Source of the DNA: Octopus sinensis
Taxonomy: Eukaryota
Length of the DNA: 64,000 nucleotides
NCBI RefSeq assembly: GCF_006345805.1
Contig: NC_043001.1
Coordinates: forward strand, 17,298,001-17,362,000
Reading direction: 5' to 3'
Positions 24,330 through 38,165 of this stretch are shown piece after piece. The notes below the pieces were generated by a model. That model ran no database searches, was not told the origin of the DNA, and was given only the letters and a program-made list of their open reading frames with translations. Each line of letters opens with the position of its first letter. The stretch's first letter is position 1. Both the position numbers and the translations under genes were made by a program.

Positions 24330-24890
24330 TTTCTTCCAGGAGAGATCTTCAGTGATAGCAAAGCCCAACAATTGGATCGATTTTGAGGGTTGTAACTGAG
24401 AGTGGCTCATAAGAAAGTTGAGTGTTCTGCACTGATTTTTACTGATATGAGTAGCATTTGTGCTTTCTTGTTGTAAAATACCTACGATTGGCATATTTCT
24501 ACATGAGGGTTTCAAGGTTATTATTCATAGTGTTAGTATGTGTATCTCACACATATATCGCCAGGGTGTACTTAGCATAAACTGGTGGGGTCTTACAGGT
24601 CAGCTGACTTGAAGTATTACTAGGTGCAAGAAGTAGTCTGCTGTGTGGAATGTGAATGTGTGGTAGCTTGTTGCATAAAGAAAGTAGTTGGACGACCCGA
24701 TAAAGGCAGGGACGGTTATAGTTTTGTATAGATTAGGTTTGGAGGGTGACAAAGAGTTCAAGACTGTTTCTAATATTTGAATAGCGATCTGAGTTGTGTG
24801 TACGGGATGAGACAGGTCAGTGAAGAAACCTGATAGCAAAATAGTTGTTGGTGGACTAGCGGCGCCAGAATAGAATGACCGAGAGAGTTA
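24330..24890 (-). pseudogene. Highly decayed LINE RT remnant
   Basis: SILAPL (RT B-motif-like) and SIQLLGFAITEDLSWKK. Confidence 0.5.
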
Positions 24891-24900
24891 CGAATAGTTG

Positions 24901-25170
24901 TGGAGGCACATGGCCTAGTGGTTAGAGTATCGGACTCGCGGTCGAGAGATCGCGGTTTCGAATCTCAGACCGGGCGATGTGTGTGCTTATGAGCGAAAAA
25001 CCTAAGTTCCACGCGGCTCATGCAGAAGGTAATGGCGAACTTCTGCTGACTCTTTCGCCACAACGTTCTCTCACTCTTTCCTCCTGCATCCAAATGGGGA
25101 ACCTATACGCCAAGGAAACCGGGAAACCGGCCCTTATGAGCCAGTGTGGCTCGAGAAGGAACAAAAAAAC
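24901..25170 (+). mobile_element. SINE family B with internal deletion
   Basis: TSD TACGAATAGTTG at 24889-24900 and 25171-25182. Confidence 0.92.
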
Positions 25171-25536
25171 TACGAATAGTTGCGAATGCTGACGTCATTG
25201 AGTGCAAACACTGAGGGGTGGATAAGATGTGTCCTCAATGTAGGAGGTGCTCAGGAAGAGATACTGGTTGTTGGATGCGTTTGGAAAGCGATAGACGGGC
25301 AAATGTATTTGTGTGGAAGATGAAAAGAGACAGTAACTCAGTTGTGAGTGTGTGGCCCAAATACTTGCAAACTGAGAAAAATTTACAAAATCTGTAAAAG
25401 ACACTCGAGGGTCAGGTAATGCTGTAAAACCAGTCGGCATCACAAAAAAAAAACGGTAACACTCTACATTGTATTTCACATGTCTACATAATATTAGGAG
25501 AGTAACAGATGAATTATGGAGTTTGAGGAACTCAGC

Positions 25537-25724
25537 ATAGTAGTAGTAGTGGTAGTAGTAGTAATAGCAGTAGTAGTAGTAGTAGTAGTAGTAGCAGTAG
25601 TAGTAGTAGTAGTAGTAGCAGCAGCAGCAACAGCAATAGTAGTAGTAGTAGAAGCAGCAGCAGCAACAGCAATAGTAGTAGTAGTAGTAGTAGTAGAAGC
25701 AGCAGCGGCAACAGCTGCAGCAAC

Positions 25725-25760
<36 letters not shown>

Positions 25761-25886
25761 TGTAGTAGTAGCGGTAGTAGTAGTAGTAGTAGTAGCGGTA
25801 GTAGTAGTAGTAGTAGCAGTAGCAGTAGCTGTAGCAGCAGCAGCAACAGCAATAGTAGTAGTAGTATTAGTAGTAGTAACAACAGT

Positions 25887-25924
<38 letters not shown>

Positions 25925-25983
25925 TAGTAGCAGTAGTAGTAGTAGCAGTAGTAGTAGTAGCAGCAGCAGCAGCAGCAATAGTA
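25537..25983. repeat. Compound (GTA)n/(GCA)n trinucleotide tract
   Basis: Directly visible; it generates the poly-V/A/T/L ORFs. Confidence 0.95.
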
Positions 25984-26164
25984 ACTGCGACTGGGGAAAT
26001 AACGACAGCGGTCGCAATAAAAGCGAAGCAGAGAGTATTAATATTTGCTTGGTTTATCAAACTTTGTGTAATCTTCTTTGAAACAGCCGTGTGCCGAAGT
26101 TGTTGATTCACTTAGGTGAAGAGCGAAGGATTATAATTAACTCAGGCAGGCAGTTAGATAAATA

Positions 26165-26493
26165 AGACTAAGACTCCGCCGGTTACGACGACGAGGGTCC
26201 CAGCTGATACGATCAACGGAACAGCTTGCTCGTGAAATTAACGTGCAAATGGCTGAGCATTCCACAGACACGTGTACCCTTAACGTAGTTCTCGGGGATA
26301 ATCAGCGTGACACAGAGAGTGACAAGGCTGACCCTTTGAAATACAAGTACAACTCATTTTTGCCAGCTGAGTGGACTGGAGCAACGTGAAATAAAGTGTC
26401 TTGCTCAAGGACACAACGCGTCGCCGGGAATCGAACTCACAACCTTACGATCATGAGCCGAATGCCCTAACCACTAAGCCACGCGCCCTCACT
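26165..26493 (-). mobile_element. Complete SINE family A
   Basis: A box TGGCTTAGTGG, B box GTTCGATTCC, GTGTCCTTGAGCAAGACACTT domain. TSD GTTAGATAAATA at 26153-26164 and 26494-26505. Confidence 0.93.
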
Positions 26494-27025
26494 GTTAGAT
26501 AAATAGACAAATAGAGTTTACAGCAGTGACATTGCTTTTGTTCATTCAATTAAGTAAAAAAAAAATCAAGGATTAAATAATAAATTTAGAAAATAGACGA
26601 ATAGAATTTACTTTTAACGAAAGTTTGTACGTTGTTTGAAAGTTGTACGTTGTCGTGTCCTTTCGGAAGATTGGTGGCTTGCGCAGTGGTTTTGTTTTTA
26701 AGTTGTGGTTCTCGACCGGGGTCCAATGTGGCCCCTGAGGGTCCATGTAAGATTTGGTTGGGTTACGTAATAAATTAGTAAATTTGGAGTCAACAATAGT
26801 AGGATCTTTACCTTTTGACCGACAGATTTTAAAAAATACTTTTTTTGTTACTAAACACTTTCAAACTTCGGACACTGGTAGAATGTGTCATATAAAATAT
26901 CTTTTACTCTTAGCATTTTTGAGAAAAGCTTATATTTACGAAGTTATTTCACGTTAAAGTTATCCTATTTCAGTAGATTCAACCAATCAATGACGTGTAT
27001 TCAGCTGAATAAAATTACTGCTGTT

Positions 27026-27238
27026 GTTCTCATTCGTAAGGTATTTTTCGATGTTTTTGTTGTTGTTGTTGTTGTTGTTGTTATTATTATTATCATTATT
27101 ATTATTATTATTATTATCATTATTATTATTATTATTATTCAGGTCACTGCTCGGAATCGAACTCGAAATCTTGGGGTTAGTAGCCTGCACTCTTAACCAC
27201 TACGTCATATGCCCGTGGGCATATGGCAGTGACATGAA

Positions 27239-27286
<48 letters not shown>

Positions 27287-27438
27287 TAATAACAACAACA
27301 ACAACAACAACATCGAAGAGAACCCAAGTTCGAAATTTCCCCAAGGTACCTAATGAAGGCTGGAGGGTATATCAGCCAAAACGTTGTGTTAGCAACAGAC
27401 AAGATGAGGACAAATATCTGTCGAATGTAAATAATGTA
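27026..27438 (+). mobile_element. tRNA-headed hammerhead-bearing element (family G), copy 2, with 5' inversion
   Basis: Inverted head plus spacer at 27026-27214, fold-back centre CATATGCCC-GT-GGGCATATG, then an internally deleted plus copy. Degenerate HHR CTAATGA A GGCTG..CAGCC AAAA CG TT GTGTT at 27346-27390. Confidence 0.75.
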
Positions 27439-27440
27439 TA

Positions 27441-27627
27441 TCCTTTTCTACTCTAGGCACAATGCCTGAAATCGACCACAGTACGCAACTGGTACTTAAT
27501 TATCGACCCCGAAAGAATGAAAGGCAAAGTCGACCTCGGCGGAATTTGAACTCAGAACGTAGCGGCAGACGAAATACTGCTGAACATTTCACCCGGCGTG
27601 CTGACGATTCTGCCAGCTCGCCGCCTT
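27441..27627 (-). mobile_element. SINE family D, internally deleted monomer
   Basis: Tail ...CTAGGCACAA, head ...TGCCAGCTCGCCGCC. Confidence 0.8.
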
Positions 27628-27804
27628 TGCTCAGGATAATATTGTGAGAAAAATAAGTTCATTTGAAATGACGCTGTTGTGTAAGAAACATTGATTGTGA
27701 TTACTTAAGACAGTCTTTATCGTTCGTTATCAATAGAACAACTTTCTATTGTTGTCTGTCTAACATAACTACCTCCTCTACATACACGAAGAAATCTATA
27801 TTGA

Positions 27805-28366
27805 TTTCAAATTTTGGCACAAGGCCAGCAAATTCAGGGGGAGGGGGACTAGTCAATAACATCGACTCCCAGTACTCAATTTATCGAGCCCGAAATGGAT
27901 GAAAGCAAAGTCGACCTCGGCGGAATTTGAACTCAGAACGTAAAGGCAGACGAAATACCTATTTCTTTACTACCCACAAGGGGCTAAACGCAGAGAGAAG
28001 AAACAAGGACAGACAAACGGATTAAGTCGATTATATCGACCCCAGTACGTAACTGGTACTTAATTTAATCGACCCCGAAAGGATGTAAGGCGAAGTTGAC
28101 CTCGGCGGAATTTGAACTCAGAACGTAACGGCAGACGAAATACCTACTTCTTTACTACCCGCAAGGGGCTAAACACAGAGAGGACAAACAAGGACAGACA
28201 AATGGATTAAGTAGATTACATCGACCCTGTGCGTAACTGGTACTTAATTTATCGACCCCGAAAGGATGAAAGGCAAAGCCGAATTTGAGCTCAGAACGTA
28301 ACGGCAGACGAAATACGGCTACGCATTTCGCCCAGTGTGGTAACGTTTCTGCCATCTCGCCGCCTA
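27805..28366 (-). mobile_element. SINE family D multimer (about 184-bp internal tandem units)
   Basis: TSD GAAGAAA(T/G)CTATATTGA at 27788-27804 and 28370-28386. Confidence 0.88.
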
Positions 28367-29149
28367 TGTGAAGAAAGCTATATTGACCATATATTCATGT
28401 TAGACGCATGCTATATTTAAATATGTATTCAATACAAAAACAGGTGGCAATTCCGAACACCGGGGGACTATGCTGTGTTACGTTTTCTTGTTAAATTACG
28501 ATTTGATTCAACTTACGTCATTAAAGTAATGATAGATAGAATTAGAGAAGAAAAAAATGCACGCTAACATATGTGCAACCAGCTGTCGGTCATGATATCA
28601 TCTGTTGCTGATTTACTTGAGTGAAAAACAAAAAAAATCGGGGATTAGCGATAAGTAAATAAAGACATAAATAAATAAAAGATTTAGCAGACAGACGATT
28701 AGCGATTTACCGCAGTGGTGTTAGTAAGCTGTCGTAACAGGCGTCGTTACGTCTTGTACGTGATCAAAAGTACATTCCACTCTGTTTGAATTGTTTTGCT
28801 TATCGCATTAGCTGGAGATAGTTTCGAGCAGAGAAATTCATTTAAAATATATGTTGTAATATGAACAGCATCGATCGTACTCACTAGAAACGGTCTGTTT
28901 TGTCTTGTTCTGTTCGCAATCAAAATGAAAAGAAAAGAGAAAACGGCATAATGTTACTTCTTTTATCAAAACGGTAGCCATTTCTTTTAATAAAACGATA
29001 GCTATTTCAGCATAATATTCATTTAAATCATTACATGCAAGTTATATTTATAAATATGTATTCTATTATAAAATAATTGTCTGTGTTGAACATGAGAGGT
29101 TTTATTACCTATTACGCTCGCCTGTTAATTGATATACACAACTCTCAAA

Positions 29150-29437
29150 AGCGACGAGTTGGCAGAAACGTTAACACGCCGGGCGAAATGCTTATCGGTA
29201 TTTCATCTGCCGCTACGTTCTGAGTTCAAATTCCGCCGAGGCCCACTTCGCCTTTCAACATGTCGGGGTCGATAAAGTAAGTACTAGTTACGCACTGGGG
29301 TCGATGTAATCGACTTAATCCGTTTGTCTGTCCTTGTTTGTCCTCTCTGTGCTTAGCACCTTGTAGATTGTAAACAAATAGGTATTTCGTCTGCCGTTGC
29401 GTTCTGAGTTCAAATTTCGCCGGGGTCGACTTAGCCT
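29150..29437 (+). mobile_element. SINE family D (about 1.3 units)
   Basis: Head GCGACGAGTTGGCAGAAACG plus the unit sequence. Confidence 0.85.
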
Positions 29438-29495
29438 TTGATTTAGTATTTCTAAATTGAATTTTCCCCTGTAAGTTTGGAATAATATTCCCTTA

Positions 29496-29577
<82 letters not shown>

Positions 29578-29597
29578 GTTGTTGTTATATTATTATG

Positions 29598-29631
<34 letters not shown>

Positions 29632-29857
29632 GTATAAAAAGCACCATATCGGTAAAATTAATATTTCAGTATATAATTATAAATATTTAACTAAAGAGAC
29701 TGAATGGATAATGCCAATACGTAAGAAGTGGATGTCAAGCGAGAACAAATTAAGAGTGCTTTGTAGATAGATATTCGACATCTATTCTAGCATATTGGCG
29801 CTGTCCCTTCAGCGCCCTTAATTATAATTATATATTTGTAATTATATACGTATATAG

Positions 29858-29982
29858 CCGAAATTACTACGATGATCCGGTTCTTGACTGAAGACTGAGG
29901 GGTTCGAATGTCCTGTCCATGTTTATTGTGTCGTCTTCTAAGAGTTATACGTTCTTGTCCGTGTTGTATTTTTCTACATACC
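29858..29982. repeat. Dispersed repeat, second copy at about 37995-38122
   Basis: GCCGAAATTACTACGATGATCCGG...TTTTTCTACATACC occurs in both places, each followed by (TA)n. Confidence 0.8.
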
Positions 29983-29983
29983 T

Positions 29984-30017
<34 letters not shown>

Positions 30018-30548
30018 ACGCATATATGTATGTATGCATGTATCTATCTATCTGTCTGTCTGTGTGTTTCTGTTTCACTAGATTTTCACCATATCCTTTT
30101 CCTTGTCTGTTTGTCTGTCTAGTTTAACCTTTCCGCATCTTTTCCCAATTAAATAAATGCTCATTACTACCAAGCCAACAAATGACACTCTACACGTTCG
30201 TAACACACGCTAGAAAAAGCAACGCCTACCGTTCGGATGGACAAAGGGATCTAAATTGTCCCTGATATACTGTCCCACAATTAAAAAAAAAACGTACAAA
30301 ATGGGATTTTATTGATAGGCATGCAATTGCTTCTTAAACTTGCTTGCTCAGAGCTACTCAGGGGCTAAATATTAGCAATACTGCTACATAATAGCACAAG
30401 ACCTCTATGCATCCTGCGTCCATGGATTTCGACAGAAAGCACTGACTTGGACAATACAACGACTAAATATTGCCGTATTGCCGTACGACTTGCTGGATGG
30501 TCGTGTAAAATGGATGAAAACATTTGTATAGCGATATATTCATAAATA

Positions 30549-31290
30549 AAGGCGGCGAGCTAGCAGAAACGTCGTTATGACGCCGTGCGAAATGCGTAGC
30601 CATATTTCGTCTGCCGTTACGTTCTGAGATCAAATTCTGCCGAGGTAGACTTTGCCTTTCGTCCTTTCGGAGTCGATAAATTAAGTGCCAGTTACGCACT
30701 GGGGTCGATATAACCGACTTCATCTGTTTGTCTGTCCTTGTTTGTCCCCTCTCTGTGTAGCCCCTTGTGGGTAGTAAAGAAATGGTTATTTCAACTGCCG
30801 TTACGTTCTGAGATCAAATTCCGCCGAGGTCAACTTTGCCTTTCATCCTTTCGGGATCGATAAATTAAGTACCAGTTATGCACTGGGCTCGATGTAATCG
30901 ACTTAATCCCTTTGTCTGTAATGTCCCCTCTGTGTTTAGCTCCTTGTGGGTAGTAAAGAAATAGAAATAGATTAGGTATACGATCTGAGTTCAAATTCCT
31001 CCGAGGTCGACTTTGCCTTTCATCCTTTTGGAGTCGATTAAATAAGTACCAGTTACGCACTGGGGTCGATGTAATCGACTTAATCCCTTTGTCTGTCTTT
31101 GTTTGTCCACTCTATGTTTAGCCCCTTATGGGTAATAAAGAAATATGAAACGTTAGGAAGCCGGGCGAAATGATTTGCCTCTCATCCTTTCGGGGTCGAT
31201 AAATTAAGTACCAGTTGCGTGCTTGGGTCGATCTAATCGACTGGCTCCCTTCCCCAAAAATTTCGAGCCTTGTGCCTAGAGTAGAAAAGA
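30549..31290 (+). mobile_element. SINE family D multimer
   Basis: Head, about 3 tandem units and tail. Exact TSD ATATATTCATAAATA at 30534-30548 and 31291-31305. Confidence 0.9.
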
Positions 31291-31575
31291 ATATATTCAT
31301 AAATATGCCGACTCTGAAATTATTGGAACGCCTCTCTTCTCATGTGTGTGTGTGTTTGATTGATGAATGTTTAGACAAGGTCTAAACAGCAGCAAGATCA
31401 AGAACAATAATTTAAACAGTCCTGATATTTTCGCTTTCTGGTTCATGATTTTATATCTTATTTCCTTAATTTTCCTTTATTTTATTCCTTTTCCTGTTCA
31501 ATAACATCTGCTCTTTATCTCAGCATCTCTCAACTCTCTCTCTCTCTCTCTCTCTCTTCTCACTCACTCTTCAGT

Positions 31576-31631
<56 letters not shown>

Positions 31632-32394
31632 TATTATATATAATATACATATATATATATATATATAATTATATTATATATTATATATATATATAAACAT
31701 GCACATATATACATGTATACTTTCTTATAGCTGTTTATGAGTTATAAATGTGTGTGTCGTGAGTGCATATAATACATGTATACGTACATTCATACATACA
31801 CGCACATGTACACACATGCACACACACACACACCAAAATATATATATATACACACATTCATGCACGCACGCTCACAAAACATGCTCGGGCACACATGCAC
31901 TCGTTATCTTTAATTGTTTAGTCAGGGAGGAAGGACAGTCGGGGGCAGTACCCTATGTTCTACATTAGGGCTTCCGTGGCTGTTGGAAGGGAGGAGGGTA
32001 AAGTAAGATTGAGGACTGGGGGGGTCTAGCTCGAATGCTTTATTATACAACAAGACACACAAGCAGACACACACAGACACACACATGTACACCACACACA
32101 CACACACACACACACACAAGCAGACACACAGACACACACATGCACACTCACGTACATACACACAGTTTTGACAGAAGGAATAGTACCCATGCCCTTCAGA
32201 GTTCCTCTGAGACCTGAGATGGGTGTTAATGTCGTTAACGTTCTTCTGCTTAGTGGACTACCGCATGAAATAAACAAGCAGGGGAAGGAAACTTTCAGTG
32301 GGATGACATTTTGGTGAAGAAGGACTGGACGTTGTGCTGAATGCAACGCCCGAGCATAGAGGGGAATGGATACAAAACAAGCCTCGAGAAAGAG

Positions 32395-32898
32395 ATACCT
32401 ATTTCTTTACTACTTGCAAGGGGCTAAACACAGAGGGGACAGACAAGGACAGACAAACGGATTAAGTCGATTATATCGAACCCAGTACGTAACAGGTACT
32501 TATTTAATCGACCCCAAATGGATGAAAGGCAAAGTCGACCTCGGCGGAATTTGAACTCAGAACGTAGCGGCAGACGAAATACCTATTTCTTTACTACCCA
32601 CAAGGGGCTAAACAGAGAGGACAAACAAGGACAGACAAACGGATTAAGTCGATTATATCGACCCCAGTGCGTAACTGGCACTTATTTAATCGACCCCAAA
32701 CGGATGAAAAGCAAAGTCGACCTCGGCGGAATTTGAACTCAGAACGTAGCGGCAGACGAAATACCTATTTTTTTACTACCCACAAGGGGTTAAACACAGC
32801 GAGGACAAATAAGGACAGACAAACGGATTAAGTCGATTAAATCGACCCCAGTGCGTAACTGGTACTTTTTTAATCGACCCCGAAAGAATGAAAGGCAA
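32395..32898 (-). repeat. SINE family D tandem array (about 2.7 units of 182-184 bp)
   Basis: Unit starts at 32398, 32582 and 32764. Confidence 0.9.
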
Positions 32899-32900
32899 AG

Positions 32901-32949
<49 letters not shown>

Positions 32950-33576
32950 CTTTCTATCTATTCATACATACATAAAAGTATAAACATGCAAACTGGTATC
33001 AGATTAGATTATGATATTTATATATCGAAACGTGTGAGTTGGTTTGTTAGAGGTGTAAATAGATTTTAAAAAAAGGAAGGAAAGTATGCAGGTAGTGCTT
33101 TACAGCTGTTTCAAAAATAGACACACAAATGTTGCATTTCCCTGCAATGACTTTTAGTTTCTGTCTATCCTCATATCATTATGACTTTGTTTTCCCTGTC
33201 TCTTTTCCTTTAAACTTACCTCTACACCTTATATAAGCAGTAGACCAAAGCTCTCTACAATGGCTCTATCTCTTTCTCCGGTGATGGACCTACCCCTTTC
33301 TCCGATGATGGAACTGACCGCAACTAAATTTCTCAACTAAAGAACTACCTAATTCTCTCTCCAGTGATGGACTGGATCGCTACATTCTTGATAGCTACTG
33401 TTCATTTGCACGGAAATGCACTATCTGCATATCTATTCGTGAAATAGCCGTAAAGAGATTATCTGTGCACATTCTTACTTTTTTTTATGATCTATACTTT
33501 TGTGACACGTTTAAATATATAAATGTCATATATAATCTGATAGCAGTCGTTTACCTGTTTATATATGTATTACTAT

Positions 33577-33907
33577 AATACAGCGAGGCTCACAAATGGA
33601 GAAATTCTTAACCAGATCAAGCCGAAACTGTCGCTAGAAGCTAGGATCACCAGGCATAGATTTGACATATTTTGGTCATATTATGCGGAGAAAATCCCTG
33701 GAGAAGGACATCATGCTCGGAATGGTCAGTGGCAAGAGAGGAAGAGGCCGACCAAGAACCCGCTGGCTTGATACCATCAAGAGTGACACGGGAATGGTCA
33801 TAGCCGATCTGAGAGAAGCGACCCAGGATAGGATAGAACTGGCTGGGGGACACAGATCCATCGAGTATCCGAGAGTCGACTTCGACTGAGCGGATAGATA
33901 GATAGAA
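33577..33907 (+). mobile_element. RTE-clade LINE 3' end (5'-truncated)
   Basis: TYFGHIMRRKSLEKDIMLGMVSGKRGRGRPRTRWLD, followed by a short UTR and a (GATA)n tail. Confidence 0.92.
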
Positions 33908-34106
33908 TACTTGTACCTGCTCAATTGAAAAACCGCCTATAGCCAATGGTTGTTAGCCGGCTACAACAACCATGTTGTTCTAGATGCATCTTTATGAAAA
34001 TTCACACAAACACGCTTACATGCATGTATACGTGGTTACATACACACGTACAGACATGTGCACGCAGCACAGACGTATAAACACATTCACAAACACACAT
34101 ACACAT

Positions 34107-34417
34107 GTGGAGGCACATGGCCTAGTGGTTAAAGCAGCGGACTCGCGGCTGAGGGGATCGCGGGTTCGAATCTCAGACGGGGCGATGTGTGTGTTTATGA
34201 GCGAAACACCTAAGCTCCATGCGGCTCCGGCAGAAGGTAATGGCGAAACTTTTGCTGACTCTTTCGCCACAACTTTCTCTCACTCTTTCCTCCTGCATCT
34301 TGCAGCTCCCCTGCGACGGACCGGCGTCCCGTCCAGGTGGGGAACCTATACGCCAAGGAAACCGGGAAACTGGCCCTTATGAGCCAGGCATGGCTCGAGA
34401 AGGAACAAACAAACAAC
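34107..34417 (+). mobile_element. Complete SINE family B
   Basis: A and B boxes, (AAAC)n tail. Confidence 0.92.
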
Positions 34418-34659
34418 AGCACATACGCATACATACGTTGCATATTTGAGGTCAATTTTCCCGCGTGCGCGCACGTTTGTATGTGTGAGTGGGAGTGCGT
34501 GTGTGTGCGCGCACACGCGTGTGTTTATATGGGTGTGTATATGCTTGTAAATATACGTGTGTTGTTGCCGGTCAAGTTGGAGTCCTTGACCGCAAGTCAA
34601 TTTGATGACTAAACGTATATAATTACTAACTTACGTCATCAGACGTAACATTACTTGAG

Positions 34660-35057
34660 TTCTACATACATACACACATACATACATACACACACATAAA
34701 ATACACATACACATACATACAGACACACATACATACATACATACATACATACATACATACATACACATACACACATACAATATACATACGCACACATACA
34801 ATACATATACATATACATACATACATATATACATACATGCACATACATACATACATACACACACATACATATATACATACACACACATACATGCATACAT
34901 ACACACACATTCAATATACATACACATACATACACACATACATACATACATACATACGTGCATACATACATACATTCATACATACATACACACATACATA
35001 CATACATACGTACACACATACATACATACATACTTACATACATACATACATACATAC

Positions 35058-35088
<31 letters not shown>

Positions 35089-35115
35089 CATACATACATA
35101 CATACATGCATACAT
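34660..35115. repeat. (CATA)n/(CA)n compound microsatellite
   Basis: Directly visible. Confidence 0.95.
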
Positions 35116-35199
35116 ATCTATTTGCGCTAAAAAGTGTCTTTTACATAGCATATACTTTCACTTGAGTACACCCAATATAAACTGTACAGAAAAAAACTG

Positions 35200-35495
35200 G
35201 TACTCCGTCGATTTCGACGACGAGTGTCACAGTTGATGCGATCAACTGAACAGCCTTCTCGTGAAATTAACGTACAAGTGGCTGAACACTCCATAGGCAC
35301 GCTTACTCTTAACGTAGCTCCCAGGGAGATTCAGCGTGACACGGAATGGGACAAGGCTGGACCTTGTGAATTTTAGCCCGCTGAGTGGACTGGAGCAACC
35401 TGAAAAGGAGTGCTTTGCTCAAAAACACAACGTACCGCCGGGAATCGAACTCATGACGTTAGGGTCGTGAGCCGAATACACTAACTACTAAACCC
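35200..35495 (-). mobile_element. Diverged SINE family A
   Basis: Colinear with 26175-26490. Confidence 0.8.
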
Positions 35496-35572
35496 CATGC
35501 ATTCGCATAAAACAGTACAAGGTTTTTTGTCTGTTGCTCTGTTGTTCTGTCAAGCACGCGGGACAAACGTGA

Positions 35573-36328
35573 ACAGGCGTGGCTGTGTTGTAAGTAGCTT
35601 GCTTCCCAACCAGATGATGCCGGGTTCAGTCCCATAGTGAGGCACCTTGGGCAGGCGTCTTCTACTATAGTCTCGGGCCGACCAAAACATTTTGAGCGGA
35701 TTTGGTTGGCGGAAACTGAAAGAAGCCCGCCGTGTATACATTCTTTTATTCTCGTATTTATTTCAGTCATTTGATTGCGGCCACGCTGGAGCACAGCCTT
35801 TATTCGAAAAAATCGATCCCAGGAATTATTCTTTGTAAGCCTAGCACTTATTCCATTGGTCGTTTTGGCCGAACCGCTAAGTTATAGGGACGTAAACACA
35901 CGAATATCGGTTGTCAAGCGATGGTGGGGAATAAACACAGACACACAAACATATACATACATATGTGTGTGTGTGTATACGACGGGCTTCTTTCAGTTTC
36001 CGCCTACCAAATCCACTCACAAGGTTTTGGTCGGCCCTAGGCAGTAGTAGAAGACATTTGCCCAAGTTTCCCCTCAGTGGGACTGAACCTGGAACCATGT
36101 AGTTGGGAAACTACCACACAGACACGCCTGCGCCTATATTTATGTGTCTATGTTTGTCACCCCCACTGTCACTTGATAACCGATGTTGGTGTGTTTACGT
36201 CCCCGTAACTTAGCGGTTCGGCAAAATAACCGATAGAATAAGTACTAGGCTTACAAAGCATCAGTTCTGCGGGCGATTTGTTTGACTTAAGACGGTGCTC
36301 CAGCAAGGCCACAAGTAAGAATAAAAAG
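35573..36328. mobile_element. Nested SINE family C: a minus copy (35741-36135) inside a plus copy
   Basis: Plus head at 35573-35738, full minus copy, plus tail at 36140-36328. Confidence 0.85.
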
Positions 36329-36802
36329 GATGAAAAGCAAAGTCGACCTCGGCGGAATTTGGACTCAGAAGGTAAAAACAGACCAAATACCGCAAAGCAT
36401 TGCGCCCGGCGTGCTAACGTTTCTTATTTCTTTACTACCCACAAGGGGCTACACACAGAGGAGACAAACAAGGACAGACAAACGGATTAAGTCGATTATA
36501 TCGACCACAGTGCGTAACTGGTACTTAATTTATCGACCCCGAAAGGATGAAAGGCAAAGTCGACCTCGACGGAATTTGAACTCAGAACGTAGCGGCAGAC
36601 GAAATACCTATTTCTTTACTACCCAAAAGGGGCTAAACACAGAGAGGACAAACAAGGACAGACAAATGGATTAAGTCGATTACATGGACCTCAGTGCGTA
36701 ACTGGTACTTATTTAATTGACCCCGAAAGGATGAAAGGCAAAGTCGAGATACGGCTACGCATTTCGCCCGGCGTGCTAACGTTTCTGCCAACTCACCGCC
36801 TT
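36327..36802 (-). repeat. SINE family D tandem array
   Basis: Two or more units plus a head ending at 36800. Confidence 0.85.
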
Positions 36803-37289
36803 TCGGAACTATATATACATTGTAACTACTAGCAAAGTCTTCATTAAACTGGAAAGTGCGTTTTGCATAAATAATGCTCTGTTGGCAGCTAAACCACTTA
36901 ATATTATTGCTGCTTGTCTTGTATGAAGTAAATGTACAATACAATAAACGCTATGTGAGAATTACAATTTGTAGGTGTCGCTGTAGTGCACAAGCAAATA
37001 AGATATATAAGTAAAAGAAAAAATAAAATATCTTCGCAATCTCTGTTTATAACATATTAAAAAGATGCACTACAATCACCTGGTCTTTTATCATATACAT
37101 ACAAGTATGCACATACACACATTAGTGTATATACATGTGCTTAAACGTAAATGTATACAAACACACACAGACATACATATATATATATATGCATATCCAC
37201 ATACGTGTGTATGGATATACATAATTGCAAGTCTATATATGTATATGTACATACACATACATGTATATATAAGCATGTATAGATACATC

Positions 37290-37306
37290 TATATCTATCT
37301 ACTGAT

Positions 37307-37405
<99 letters not shown>

Positions 37406-37448
37406 CTGACAGATAGACTGACAGATAGACAGACAGACGGATAGATAA

Positions 37449-37525
<77 letters not shown>

Positions 37526-37568
37526 CTGACAGATAGACTGACAGATAGACAGACAGACGGATAGATAA

Positions 37569-37633
<65 letters not shown>

Positions 37634-37663
37634 CTGACAGATAGACTGACAGATAGACAGACG

Positions 37664-37723
<60 letters not shown>

Positions 37724-37752
37724 TAGACAGATAGATAGATAGATAGATAGAT
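37290..37752. repeat. (GATA)n microsatellite with about 120-bp higher-order repeats
   Basis: GACTGACAGATAGACTGACAGATAGACAG occurs three times within (GATA)n. Confidence 0.92.
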
Positions 37753-38122
37753 GACCGGAATACAACGAAATATATGCACGTATCTGTATGCATTACTTTA
37801 GCTGTCTAAGAGCATTTCTTTTCAAAATGTTATTTTTGCGTATATGTGCGTATGTGTCTGAGTATTTATATATATATATATATATATAGATATATAAAAT
37901 TTAAAAATTTTTTAATTTCTGGAGAACATTTTTTCTTTGTAGTTATATCTTTGTGATCTTCTAACGTATAGTTCTCCACCTAGTGGTTTATCCAGCCGAA
38001 ATTACTACGATGATCCGGTCCTTGACTGAAGACTGAGGGGTTCGAATGTCCTGTCCATGTTTATGTTGTATCGTCTTCTAGAGGTTATACGTTCTTGTCC
38101 ATGTTGTATTTTTCTACATACC

Positions 38123-38165
<43 letters not shown>

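Noticed and set aside
25494-26111. 160-205 aa low-complexity ORFs on both strands
   Set aside because: They come entirely from the (GTA)/(GCA) repeat; no splice or domain support.
29880-29915. CTGAAGA CTGAGGGGTT CGAAT GTC (also near 38027)
   Set aside because: GAAA is not intact in either copy and neither stem I nor stem II pairs.
27805-32898. Regularly spaced repeats superficially like CRISPR arrays
   Set aside because: They are 184-bp tandem units with no unique spacers, no cas genes and a eukaryotic SINE context.
34360-34402. SINE B tail GAAACCGG...CTTATGAGCC..GGCTCG resembling a permuted hammerhead
   Set aside because: The core is CTTATGA, the hairpin overlaps the core and there is no GAAA after it; it is more simply a LINE-derived 3' stem-loop.
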